Shown here: positions 14,845 to 26,184 of the stretch, piece after piece
Position numbering within the stretch: position 1 is the stretch's first letter
Layout: every line of letters begins with the position of its first letter
Assembly (NCBI GenBank): GCA_964035575.1
Contig: OZ037836.1
Location: forward strand, 1,798,001 to 1,862,000
Source of the DNA: Rhynchopus sp. YZ270_cl-10
Taxonomy: Eukaryota
DNA: 64,000 bases
Reading direction: 5' to 3'
The notes under the pieces: model-generated
The model's database searches: none
The model's input: the letters and a program-made list of their open reading frames with translations, nothing else
Told to the model about the DNA's origin: nothing
Program-made: the position numbers and the translations under genes

Positions 14845-15000
14845 CACGACGGCGAAGTAACGGGTGTTACAAGTGGAGTTCCAAGTGGAGTTACATGTAC
14901 CTCTTGTTACAAGTAACGTTACAAGTGGTACTTGTACCCATTTTTCACTTGTAACGTTACGAGTAACTTCACTTGTAATGTACCACACTTCACCGTCGTG
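14845..15000. mobile_element. Putative small MITE with CACGACGG(C/T)GAAGT terminal inverted repeats
   Basis: CACGACGGCGAAGT at 14845 pairs with ACTTCACCGTCGTG ending at 15000. The interior is built of TTACAAGT/ACTTGTAA motifs. A second left-end copy lies at 14608. Confidence 0.45.
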
Positions 15001-15994
15001 TGGTGTGGCTGAAAGGGTGCTATTTTTGTGCTACTTTCTGCTATTTTGGGGTCATCAGCCCACACCAAAAGAAAGAAATAAAAAAAAAGGTAAAGTGGAG
15101 CTCATCCTCGGGTGCACTACACTAATACCTAACAATATTTTTCAAAGGAAAAAATAAAAAAATAAAAACACACAAACAAAACAGACGAACCCAAGGTGTG
15201 TCAACTGAGCAGTGCACTTCAGGTCGTATGTTTGTGTGTTATTTTGTTTTGTTTTGATTTTAAAAAACTAGACAATATCATCCGCCAACTGATCTTGATA
15301 ACAATTTAAAAATAGCAGGTGTTTTTTCGTTGAACGCAGCCAAATAGGGTTTTAAAAAAAACTGTTTGTGAAAGGGAATTCAAGGGGGAATACTGTTATC
15401 TAAGATTTGAACGCTGGCTATTTTTTGTCTAGTTTCTTTAATACACTGAGTGTTAGGAAAAAAAATGATGGCTCGGGGTTTGCACACCTATGCCATATTG
15501 TTTTTGATTCTCTTTTTTTTTTGGTGTATTCGGGACCAACTTCCCTGTACTTCTCCCGTACTTTCCCCGTCTGATTTCGACTACATCACTTTTTGCTTTT
15601 TGTTTTTTTTTTTTGTCTTTTTTCTGTGTTCACGCAGACACCACCCAGACTGTACTCCACACGCAAAAAAAGACCTTCCCCTTTTCAAAAAAAAAAAAAA
15701 CCCCCCCTTTCCGCAAAAAAGGAATTTTATCCACTCTGATTTGCTGCAACAGCGCCCAACACACATCCAAAAACTTGGGTCAAAGTCACGGTGGTTAAAG
15801 TAAAACCTAGTGGAGCCCACAAAAAGGGGGATTTTTTTTTTTTTTTTTTGTTTTGTTGTTGTTATTGTTGTTGTTTTTTTCCATTTTGTTTCCCATCCCT
15901 ACCCAAAGAAAGCATCACAAAAAATATAGTGGAGCACACTCTAGGGTGGCTACACTAATACAACTAAGTTTTCAACAAAAAGAAAACTCTGTTC

Positions 15995-16225
15995 TTACTC
16001 TTTCTGGTCAGAATATAATTGGTCCCGAAGGCGGACCAGCTCCTTGTTCTTCTCGCGGATGAACTGCCCCTCCCTCAGCTCGTCGTACATCAGAATGTTG
16101 TTCAAAGAGATCCCAACAAACGACGAGAACGAACAGGCCAGCTCGACGTCCTGTTCACTAAAGACATCACCGTTGCATTTGTTAAATAAACTGGATGACA
16201 CCCATCACTTTGTTTGCGTGGTATA
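15995..16225 (-). pseudogene. Isolated GAF-domain fragment (cyclic-nucleotide phosphodiesterase-like) with a frameshift
   Basis: The minus strand reads KVMGVIQFI/(1-nt shift)NKCNGDVFSEQDVELACSFSSFVGISLNNILMY, matching the GAF NK..F...DE-type motif. No flanking exons are evident. Confidence 0.65.
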
Positions 16226-16684
16226 ACCTACATTCTCGAACTTTTTCTACTGAAGTGATTTTCATTGGACGCATCCCCCAAGGGAACCAATTAAACGAAG
16301 AGACAGTATTTATTTCCGAACACACACATACACTATTCCAATCAATTCAATCCGAAAGAGCCCAATCATTTCGGTTTTTGTATTACTTCCTTACAAACCG
16401 TACGCGTACTGCTTCGTATGTTTGTATACAAAAACAAAAATTTCGTTTCAGGGTCCTAAGGTATCGAGGAAGCTCTTCTGTTCCAACCTGTTTCAGGAGT
16501 CACTCCCGTCTCCCCATTCACCACGCTTCTCTTTACCTCCAAACACAGACATCATATAATTCTTCACGGACACACACGAACACCCCCCTAAAAAGGCAGT
16601 GTTGGAGAGCGAATCACCTGGAGATTTATTGCAAAAAGGTGACTAAGCACAGGCTTAGGATCATCTTATAACCTTTTCATTAAT

Positions 16685-18059
16685 ATGGCGCCGAAGAGCG
16701 TGCACCAGCCCCCTACTTACAATACGTTTGTTCCGGTTTCTTCTGCGCTTGGGAAAAGGCGGCAGCACAGTGCTAGCGGGCTTGATGTGCTCCACCACGA
16801 GCTGAGCAGTGACGACGACGGCCATGAGTCACCACGACGACCCATGCGACAGCAGGGTGCGTTGCGCCCTCAGAAGTTCCAGGATGTCATGGTGTCCCCA
16901 GCGCTCCCGAGAAGCACATCAGGAGCGCTCTCGAGAGGAAGCACCCCGTGTAGACAGGTCGACCCGCAGACTGGGGAGTACACGTTCAGTGTGTCCGGAC
17001 GGTCCTACTCGCTGACAGCGCTCTCGATCCCTTTCTTCGCGTTGGCGCAGCTGCGGTGGTATAAGCTGCTGTGTGTCGCGTGCACTGCGTATCTGGGGGT
17101 GAACGCACTGTTCGCGTGTCTATTCTACCTGCCGTGCATGCTGCCGAGCAATGCATACCTTTCATACACCGAAGCTATGAAGATGCATAAATGCTCATAC
17201 TGGTCTGCGTTTGAGTTCAGTGTAGAAACGATAAGTACCATAGGTATGAAAAGGGGGGAGAGGGTCGGAAGCTGGCGGTTGTGTTCGCTTCGTGATGTTT
17301 TCTAAGTTTTCAAAAAAAAAAAATATAAAGGGGGTCGAAGAATGTTTTGTCTTTTTTAACAAATGTTAACCCAACATAGGATATGGGGAGCTCAAGCCTG
17401 CAGGGCAGTACTCACGTGGTGTTGTTGTGACGGAGGCGTTCTTGTCGATGTTGGTGCTGCCCGCCATCACCGCTGTCGTGCTCAACAAGCTGCTTGCCTC
17501 GCGCCGCTTACGCCACACTGTTGTCTTCTCGCAAAGCGCTGTTGTCAACGACGAGACCGCACCGAACGCTGCAGGCACCTCTGGCCTCTACTTTCGCGTC
17601 GCCAGCCTTGTCAAGCACCCGCCCACAGACGTGCGCGTCAACCTTTTCCTCATGCGTGATCTGTCGCCCGACCCAGACCTTCCGCAGATCGAGGTGATGG
17701 AGCTGGCGTGGCGCCCAACCTTCTCTACTGCCCCGCCTGCTGTTGGGGTGGCCGCGCTTCCGGTGCCTTATTTAGCGTTGCCGGCAACGATCCACCATGA
17801 CATAGATGCACAGAGTCCACTGCACGGCTGCTCGCATTTAGACCTACTGCGAGACCGTGTCGAGGTGGTGGTGGTCCTCACCGCCACCGATGGTACCAGC
17901 GGCGTGACGCTTTCAGCAAAGCACGGCTACGGCCCGGCACACATCTGTTACGACGCGTACTTCGACCCAGCCATGCTCCGCCGTGATCCTGTAGCAGGCA
18001 ACTACGCAGTGGACCTCTCGGCCTTTGACTCAACACTCCCCTGTCGAGGGGTGGTCTGA
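16685..18059 (+). CDS. Inward-rectifier potassium channel (Kir/KirBac-like); exons 16685..17243 and 17380..18059
   Basis: M1 helix (YLGVNALFACLFY) and pore helix AFEFSVETIST. Splicing intron 17244-17379 (G|GTATG...TAG|GA) rebuilds the filter TIGYG. M2 (EAFLSMLVLPAITAVVLNKL) is followed by VVFSQSAVV, IHHDIDAQSPL and EVVVVLTATD, typical of the Kir cytoplasmic domain. Confidence 0.9.
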
Positions 18060-19068
18060 GGACAATGATACCCTTTTTTTTTCTGCGCATTCCGTGGATT
18101 CCAAGGGTTCTCGCTGTACACATGGCGCATCCTCAAGCGGTCAACTCATCAGGTGGAGTCTGAGTGGAAATATTTGGTGGTATTGGCAAATGGAGTTACC
18201 ATGGAGTTATCCTACTGGACGCCGTAAGGCACCTTTCCCGCTTGGATTGTAGCTGATTTAATGAGTCGTCTGCAGATCGACTGTTAATCAGAGTCAAGGT
18301 GCATGCACTGCACCCGCCTACACCGAAAAGGATCGTAAAGACCGTCTCCACGCGACGGGCCACCAAGCTTTGGTATGTGTCTGTAAGGACAGCCTTGGTT
18401 GATGCTTTCTGTATTGACACGATCGCCTTTTAAAGGAAGGAAGCTGCCTGTACAAAGATAGCCAAGACTGTCTGGGGTAGACTCGACTACACGTAAATGC
18501 ACATCTGCTTCGTTCTTCTATTGCAGCTAACAGCAAACAAAAAGATATGCCAGCAAGCATAAAACCAAGAGCAAAACAGAGAGAACCAATCAATTTCCCC
18601 CTTCTTACCTACTTTCAGACTTTTCCCCCAAGATTCGGAGCTACTTGTCTCACATGGGTAGCAACAAAAACTACGCAAAAGCTATTAACACCCTATGGAA
18701 GAGGCAGGTCCACGTACTCGCTGCCTCTGGTGCAGCATGGCTAGCTGTTTTCTGATGATCCGCACCCTTCCGTATTCTTGGCCAAGCTCCTCGCATTGGG
18801 GTGCATACACAGCACAGTCCTTGCAGCAATGTTTATTTCGTTCTCCCAGATCAGCGGTGCAGGGATTAGCTCCACATAGCCTCACCCACGGGGAAGAGGA
18901 CCCCAGCCAGAACCACCGTACGAACGGAGGAACTGCAGAAAACGCCAATACCAACGTTTTCGAGCATTTGTTCAGGGTTGACACCCTGCAAAATGGGGTA
19001 TTTCTTGTCTTGTCCTCCACACCACACCACCACACACAGAGATCAGAACACAAAACCAGAACAAACAA

Positions 19069-20205
19069 ATGGACGTGCACTTCGAGGATTTCAGAGCGAA
19101 TCAGCACACAGTCGAGGTGGGTGTGGATGACACAGTGGAGGGCTTGCGGCGGAAGGTGGCGTCTGCAATGGGGTTGCCTGAAGACGGCTTTTGCATGAGT
19201 TTCGGAGACGAAGCGATGGGAGAAGGAGCGGACATGACGCAGCTGAGTGCTGGTGACACAATCATCCTCACGAAGACGAAGACGAAGAAGTACGAAGCCA
19301 TTGCAGAGCTTCATGCGTTGGGTGTGACCGACATCACAGCCGAGAGGCTGGAGAGTGTGGAGGATCCCGAGGTGGCGTGTTTGCTTCTGCAGGCGGAGGT
19401 TGCGACTGTCATTCCTGATGAGTTCTTGAGGGAGTCATTGTTGACGCACCTTGATCTCAGTGCTGTGTCCTTTGTGACACAGATTGGACACAACTTCCTC
19501 CAGTCGTGCACCTCGTTGACAAGTGTCGACCTCTCTGGGTTGAGCAATGTGACGCAGATTGGCAGTTACTTTCTTTACAAATGCAACTCGTTAACCACCC
19601 TGGATCTGACACCACTCAACAACGTTACGAGGATTGATAATTACTTTCTTTCCTGCTGCGAAAATTTTACCAACCTGGATCTCACACCACTCAACAACGT
19701 GACGGTGATTGGCGCTGGCTTTCTTGAAGGCTGCAACTCTTTAACCAACCTGGATCTGACACCACTCAACAACGTGACGGTGATTGGCGAGGGCTTTCTT
19801 GAAGGCTGCAACTCTTTAACCAGCCTGGATCTTACACCACTCAGCAACGTTACGGTGATTGGCAGTTACTTTCTTGAAGGCTGCAACTCTTTAACCAGCC
19901 TGGATCTGACACCATTCCACAACGTGACGTCGATTGACGCTAGATTTCTTTACAGGTGCAACTCTTTGACCAACCTGGATCTGGCACCACTCAACAACGT
20001 GACGGTGATTGGCGTTGGCTTTCTTCAGCGCTGCTACTCTTTAACCACCCTGGATCTGACACCACTTAACAAGGTTAGGTACGTGGGTTTTGATTTTGCT
20101 GAGGACTGCACTTCGTTGACAAGTATTTACCTTTCCGGCTGCAGCAGTGCTGTGTCCAACAAAGTAAGGACGAGTGAGCATCTGAAACATCTTGTGGTTG
20201 AGTAA
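19069..20205 (+). CDS. UBL-LRR protein class A, basic C-terminal tail lost
   Basis: N-terminal ubiquitin-like domain (VEVGVDDTVEGLRRKV...LSAGDTIIL) followed by 25-aa LRRs (LTTLDLTPLNNVTxIGxxFLxxCNS). Relative to paralogs, a 36-nt deletion plus CAA>TAA removes the tail. Confidence 0.85.
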   Translation: MDVHFEDFRANQHTVEVGVDDTVEGLRRKVASAMGLPEDGFCMSFGDEAMGEGADMTQLSAGDTIILTKTKTKKYEAIAELHALGVTDITAERLESVEDPEVACLLLQAEVATVIPDEFLRESLLTHLDLSAVSFVTQIGHNFLQSCTSLTSVDLSGLSNVTQIGSYFLYKCNSLTTLDLTPLNNVTRIDNYFLSCCENFTNLDLTPLNNVTVIGAGFLEGCNSLTNLDLTPLNNVTVIGEGFLEGCNSLTSLDLTPLSNVTVIGSYFLEGCNSLTSLDLTPFHNVTSIDARFLYRCNSLTNLDLAPLNNVTVIGVGFLQRCYSLTTLDLTPLNKVRYVGFDFAEDCTSLTSIYLSGCSSAVSNKVRTSEHLKHLVVE

Positions 20206-20658
20206 AGCCAGAAGCGACAGAGAAACACACAATGACGACGTGGTGTGCTGGTGGGAGGGGATAAAGGGAAGGACTGGAAGAAGGGTACGAAGGGAGGTGG
20301 GGATGGGGCCGGTAGGTACTGCCTACTCTACTCGTCTGCACAAACATTACAAAACAAAGAAAGACACAAAAACATAGGAGACATAAAGCAGGGAAAGGGG
20401 TTGAGGGACAGGAGGATAGGGATAAAGTCTGCCTAGATCAGAAGCGGACCTGTGTTCACATGATCTTCCCTTGAAGGGAGACTGGGAAGAATGAAAGCTG
20501 GGGGACAGGAGGCTGGGGATACATGCAAAGTTAATTGGGAGAACCGCTATTATTTGGGGATGAACTTATTTGGGGGCCCTTTACCAAAAACAAAATGGAA
20601 ATGATAAAAAAGAGAAAGTGGAGATTTCACCACTGTGGCAACACAACCGAGGCAACTA

Positions 20659-20767
20659 CAGTGCGGCGCGATATTACGGTGGCGCGATATTACGGGTGCG
20701 CAATATTACGGGGCGCATAATTATGGGTAAAAATTGGATTTACCCATAATTATGCGCCCCCGTAACA

Positions 20768-20798
<31 letters not shown>

Positions 20799-21370
20799 GA
20801 AAAATTGTTGGAATAGTGTAGCCACCTGTGCAAGCTCCACTGTGCTCGTGAAAACCTCAAAAGAAGTATTGCGCGCCGTGGCGGACATTTCAACAATTGT
20901 GACATAAAAAGCAGGAGGCAACACGATTGGGTGAAGTTATCAATGTTACATCGACGAGGAAAGCTCCCCAGTTGCACTTTATGGCAGTGTGGCAGATCTC
21001 TTGCCCCAGCACCGGGAATCCTTCATGTGCCATCCGCCTTCACTATCAGGACGTCTGCTGAGAAGGAAGAGAAGGCGAACCGGAAGCTTCTACGGGAGGA
21101 AATTGCCAGTTTGCTGTCCTTGGAGGGTGCCGGGCAAGCCACGAAGAGGAGTTGCGGTGGCAGAGGAGACAAGGTGGCAGAGTGTCAGGATGACGACCTG
21201 TGCGCCTGGGAGGAGTGACATGTGTGAAGTCATCCACAATGGATTATGAGAAAAAAAATCAAAAAAAAAAAAAGTTTTATTACGGGTGCGCAATATTACG
21301 GGGCGCATAATTATGGGTAAATATTGGAGTTACCCATAATTATGCGCCCCCGTAATATAGCGCCGCACTG
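20659..21370. mobile_element. Non-autonomous Tc1/mariner-like element (MITE), TA target duplication
   Basis: TA|CAGTGCGGCGCGATATTACGG ... CCGTAATATAGCGCCGCACTG|TA. Paralogous empty sites lie at ~28140 and ~30775 (GGCAACGACACTATTCC). Confidence 0.85.
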
Positions 21371-22382
21371 TACACTAATCCAAAAAGTTTTTAACAAAAA
21401 AACACAAAAAGACAAACAAGAAAGAAGTCACCCCTCTGAGTGACCTCTCCCCTCTTTTTACTTTTGCATTATGAAACACATTTCTCGCTCTACGCACACA
21501 CTATGTCTGATACACCCCAACCACCCATTTGTCCCGACACGATCCTTGTATTGGGTACACTACACCACACTCTCGCACTCTGAGGATGCGCGTCAACTGT
21601 TATTCGATTTCCCGTGTTTCTACCGGTTTACCCCCCCAGTATACGCTGCCACACCAGCGCGGTTTCAATTTTGAGAGAAATGTGCAAGGTTGGACCCCTG
21701 TAGTCATGATAAAAGCGATGACGCCATTGAGCGACTCATAGGCGCATGAGTGATAGACGTTGTCGCTGTGGTATCCCGCCTCGCAGAGGAAGGTGTTTTT
21801 TGACACAGCAACTTCGTGAGTCAGTATCGGTCTGCGTATCAAATTGAAAACGGCGTGTTTGCGCGTCATATCGCAGAGGATAGAAACTGAAAAGTTATGA
21901 AAATACAAAACTGATGTGAAGCCAACGAAAACGATGGTGGCCAAGTTGAAAATAAGAACACATAGTGGAGCACATCCTCGGGTGTCCACACTAATACAAC
22001 GAAGCTTTCAAAAACAAATCAAAACAAAAGACCTCTCTCCCCTTTGTAACTTGTTTCAAGACCTCTCACTGTGGGTCTTGTGTGGTCACGAAGGTTGTTC
22101 GCCCCTACGTGGGTGCACTTCACGCAGTGCCTTTGTACCCTTAGCTTCCAAACACTCTTCTGCACACTTGCAAGTTGTCCTCTTCCTCTTTTGGTTGCTT
22201 TGTCTTGCCCCACTATGCATGGCTTGCGGAGTATCTTTGTAGGGGTTGTGGAGTTTATGGCGTTTCACCACATCTGGATGATCATTTTATTAGCAAAAGA
22301 CCTCTCCCTAACTGTTTGTTGTCTCTTGCGTACTCTTACCCCCAATTGAAAACACCTGCACAAAACAGAGAGACACAAAACC

Positions 22383-23390
22383 ATGGAAATATGTGTGAAG
22401 AGCTTTGACGGAGAGAAGTACACAGTCGAGGTGGGTGTGGATGATACAACTGCGGACATACGGCGGAAGGTGGCGTCTGCAGCAGAGTTGTGCGAAGACG
22501 GCTTTGACATGAGCTTCGGAGAGAAGCTGCTGGCGGAAGGAGACGACACGACGCAGCTGAGTGCTGGGGACACAGTTGTGCTGACGAAGACGCAGTCGCA
22601 GAAGGACGACGCCATTGCAGCTCTTCGTGACTTGGGTGAGACAGCGCTGACGTCAGACAGGTTTGAAGGTCTGAGAGATCCCAAGCTGGTTCATTTGTTT
22701 CTGCAGGCGGAGGTTGTTACTGAGCTACCCAATCAATTCTTGGAAGGTGGCACGTTCGAAGAACTTGATCTCAGTGGTGTGCCAGGTGTGCTTGTAGTCC
22801 GGAAATTTGTCCTCGCCGACTGCAGGTCTTTGCACACAGCTGATTTGTCTGGGTGGAGCAATGTCACGCATATTGAGTCCTTCTTCCTCAACCATATGAG
22901 CGCCTTGCGAACACTTGACTTATCTGGGTGGAACAATGTGACGCGGGTTGGTGAGTGCTTCCTCTACAACTGCACCTCATTAACCACACTGGATATTTCT
23001 GGGTGGAACAATGTGACGCACATTAAGTACTCGTTTCTCTCCTCCTGCACCGCATTACGAAGCCTTGACTTGTCTGGGTGGAACAATGTGACCCGGGTTG
23101 ACAACAACTTTCTCTGCAACTGCACCTCATTGACCACACTGGATATTTCTGGGTGGAACAATGTGACGCAACTGGGAGACTGCTTTCTCTACTACTGCAC
23201 CGCATTGAAAACACTTGACTTATCTGGGTTGACGAATACCGAGGAGATTGGGAGAAACTTCCTGTATGGATGCAACATACCCACAAGCAGCATCAACGTC
23301 ACCGGATCGAGCAGCGTTGTTTCAGAATGTGTGCATGACTATGGCGGTAGCCTCGTGGACGATACCAAGTGCAAATGTGTGTGCATGTGA
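22383..23390 (+). CDS. UBL-LRR protein class B (CaaX)
   Basis: MEICVKSFDGEKYTVEV UBL, LxTLDLSGWNNVTxxxxxFLxxC repeats, ends KCKCVCM*. Confidence 0.88.
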   Translation: MEICVKSFDGEKYTVEVGVDDTTADIRRKVASAAELCEDGFDMSFGEKLLAEGDDTTQLSAGDTVVLTKTQSQKDDAIAALRDLGETALTSDRFEGLRDPKLVHLFLQAEVVTELPNQFLEGGTFEELDLSGVPGVLVVRKFVLADCRSLHTADLSGWSNVTHIESFFLNHMSALRTLDLSGWNNVTRVGECFLYNCTSLTTLDISGWNNVTHIKYSFLSSCTALRSLDLSGWNNVTRVDNNFLCNCTSLTTLDISGWNNVTQLGDCFLYYCTALKTLDLSGLTNTEEIGRNFLYGCNIPTSSINVTGSSSVVSECVHDYGGSLVDDTKCKCVCM

Positions 23391-24021
23391 GGCACCCGGG
23401 ACATGGCAGTTGTGACATATCTTAGGACATCCCCCATTTTTTCCATGCACGATTTTTCTACCTCCGTTATTTGAATCAACAGAGTGTGTACGTTATGATT
23501 GTTCTATTTTCTTTGTTTTTTTGCAGACAACAACGCAGTGTAACGCAGCGTAACGCAGTGCAACGGAGTGGTTGTTAGGAAATAATACAAACCGTAAGGA
23601 TCGGTCCTTTTTGGAATCGAAGGATGAAAATTGTGTGTATTAATTCGATAGTCCCGTATTTGTTTCTCTCTCCCTTTCTCCCCAACCTGTGCTCCCCGAC
23701 TCCAATTCAACCAACACTCACAGACGGGGCCAAAACGAACTCTGCGTTCAGTAAATATTTGTAGGAAAAAAAAGAGGATACGTTCAATGAAATCATTTGT
23801 GTAGAAAAGTATCGAGGATGTAGGTTTTATTATTTTCTTCACATTTGTGCAACAAAAACACTGACGTTTGAATGCATCTATTGACGTCCTTGAGCTTTCT
23901 CTTCTTTGATGTGAAAGTTATTGAAACAAATTTACCACCCTCCACCTTTATTGTGCACTCACCTCATTTCTGTACTTCAGGCAAAGTAGTTGTTACCCCA
24001 TCAGAAAACCAGAACAAACAA

Positions 24022-24993
24022 ATGGACGTGCACTTCGAGGATTTCAGAGCGAATCAGCACACAGTCGAGGTGGGTGTGGATGACACAGTGGAGGGCTTGC
24101 GGCGGAAGGTGGCGTCTGCAATGGGGTTGCCTGAAGACGGCTTTTGCATGAGTTTCGGAGACGAAGCGATGGGAGAAGGATACGACATGACGCAGCTGAG
24201 TGCTGGTGACACAATCATCCTCACGAAGTCGCAGAAACAAGAAGCCATTGCGGAGCTTCATGCGTTGGGTGAGACCGACCTGACGCCAGAGAGGTTGGAG
24301 GAGGTGGAAGATCCTGAGGTGGCGTGTTTGCTTCTGCAGGCGGAGGTTGCGACTGTCATTCCTGATGGGTTCTTGAGGAGGGTATCGGTAACGCACCTTG
24401 ATCTCAGTGCTGTGTCCTTTGTGACACAGATTGGAGACAGCTTCCTCGAGCAGTGCACCTCGTTAACAAGTATCGACCTCTCTGGGTTGAGCAATGTGAC
24501 GCGGATTGGCATTTGTTTTCTTTACGGCTGCAACTCTTTAACCACCCTGGATCTGACACCACTCCACAACGTGACGGTGATTGGCGATAACTTTCTTCAC
24601 GACTGCAACTCTTTCACCACCCTGGATCTGACCCCTCTCAACCACGTGACAGTGATTAGGAATTACTTTCTTTGCTGCTGCAAATCGTTAACCACCCTTG
24701 ATCTGACACCACTTAACAACGTGACGGTGATTGGCTTTGGGTTTCTTGGCGGCTGCACGTCTTTAGCCACCCTGGATCTTACACCACTTAACAAGGTTAC
24801 GTACATAGGTTCGGAATTTGCTGGGAACTGCACTTCGTTGACAAGTATTTACCTTTCCGGTTGCAGCAGTGCTGTGTCCAACAAAGTAAGGACGAGTGAG
24901 CATCTGAGGCAGCTTGTGGTTGAAGCACGTCCGAAACGCAGCAGAGACGAATCCCCCGAGCAAGCACACAAACGACAGAGACACGCACAATGA
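24022..24993 (+). CDS. UBL-LRR protein class A (NLS-like tail)
   Basis: Start assigned by paralogy (MDVHFEDF). Ends RPKRSRDESPEQAHKRQRHAQ. Confidence 0.88.
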   Translation: MDVHFEDFRANQHTVEVGVDDTVEGLRRKVASAMGLPEDGFCMSFGDEAMGEGYDMTQLSAGDTIILTKSQKQEAIAELHALGETDLTPERLEEVEDPEVACLLLQAEVATVIPDGFLRRVSVTHLDLSAVSFVTQIGDSFLEQCTSLTSIDLSGLSNVTRIGICFLYGCNSLTTLDLTPLHNVTVIGDNFLHDCNSFTTLDLTPLNHVTVIRNYFLCCCKSLTTLDLTPLNNVTVIGFGFLGGCTSLATLDLTPLNKVTYIGSEFAGNCTSLTSIYLSGCSSAVSNKVRTSEHLRQLVVEARPKRSRDESPEQAHKRQRHAQ

Positions 24994-26184
24994 CGACGTG
25001 GTGTGCTGGTGGGAGGGGATAAAGGGAAGGACTGGAAGAAGGGTACGAAGGGAGGTGGGGATGGGGCCGGTAGGTACTGCCTACTCTACTCGTCTGCACA
25101 AACATTACAAAACACAGAAAGACACAAAAACATAGGAGGCATAAAGCAGGGAAAGGGGTTGAGGGACAGGAGGATGGGGATAAAGTCTGCCTAGATCAGA
25201 AGCGGACCTGTGTTCACATGATCTTCCCTTGAAGGGAGACTGGGGAGACTGAAGGGAAAAGCCTGCGTTTTGTGGGTAGTCGACCGTAACGGTCGACAGA
25301 GGGAGGACGGTGTATAAAATCATCAGCAAAGCTGAGGTGGCCAAGATACTGATCTTGTTTTTGGGTGTGCGTTTCACCACAACCTCTCCCTTTTGTCTTT
25401 ATTGTTTTCATTGCTTTATTGTTTGCGGTGGTGGGGGAAAAACATAAAAAGGAAAAGTAGGGGTGCGGTTTCAATTCCGGTATCACATATGATACTTCCA
25501 ACAACAACCGAAACAGAAGAAAGTACAAAAGAAGAGAATAAGAACTGCAGGGAAAAATAGACAAAAAGAGAAAAAAGATATTTACAAAAAAGGGACAATA
25601 AAATTTGTTCGCCCAATTTGCTCTCCCGTGTGGATGGTATTGCGTTAGGGCTGCGGCCGTTTTAGTTTTTGTTAGTGTGGCATAAAAAAGAGGTGAAATA
25701 ATATTTCAAAATATATCCGTTTCGCTTGATCAGATCTCGACCGTTTGTTGCATTATACGCTTCCACTTTTGAAAAAAATGATTGTTTCCAGCACACGCGG
25801 ACTGTGTCAGTGTGTGATGGTTTATGATTATTGCCCGAAGTACAGAAAATGGGAGTGTCGGTGGCGGAGCACAAAAGGGTAAAATGAAAAACATATCGGG
25901 TGGGGTCTCTGATCTATCTGTGCGACGGATATATTTCCCCTAACTCTCCATGTTTGGCCAGGGCCTCTCCAGTGTGTCAGTTGCAAAAAAACAAAAACAA
26001 AAACAAAATGCCTCTCCCCTTGTAACTGTTTGTAGTCTCTTGCACACCACACACACACACCCTACCACTCCCCTTACATACGAAGCTATCCTTGATTGGA
26101 TTTGGCTGTCTTGTGGGGAAAACTGCAACTGTTAATTTGTAGGGGCCTACCCAAAACACCTGAAACAGAGAGAGAGGCAAAACC

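Noticed and set aside
23967..23979. TTTCTGTACTTCA match to the SL 3' half (also ~51971, and inverted at ~13987 and ~63718)
   Set aside because: Only 13 nt, inside a dispersed repeat and in both orientations; not enough to call relic SLs.
23872..24021. N-terminal extensions of UBL-LRR ORFs in the ORF track (also 33237, 38272, 40144, 60059)
   Set aside because: Not conserved between paralogs; the shared ATG context (ACAAA(ACC)ATG) marks the real starts.
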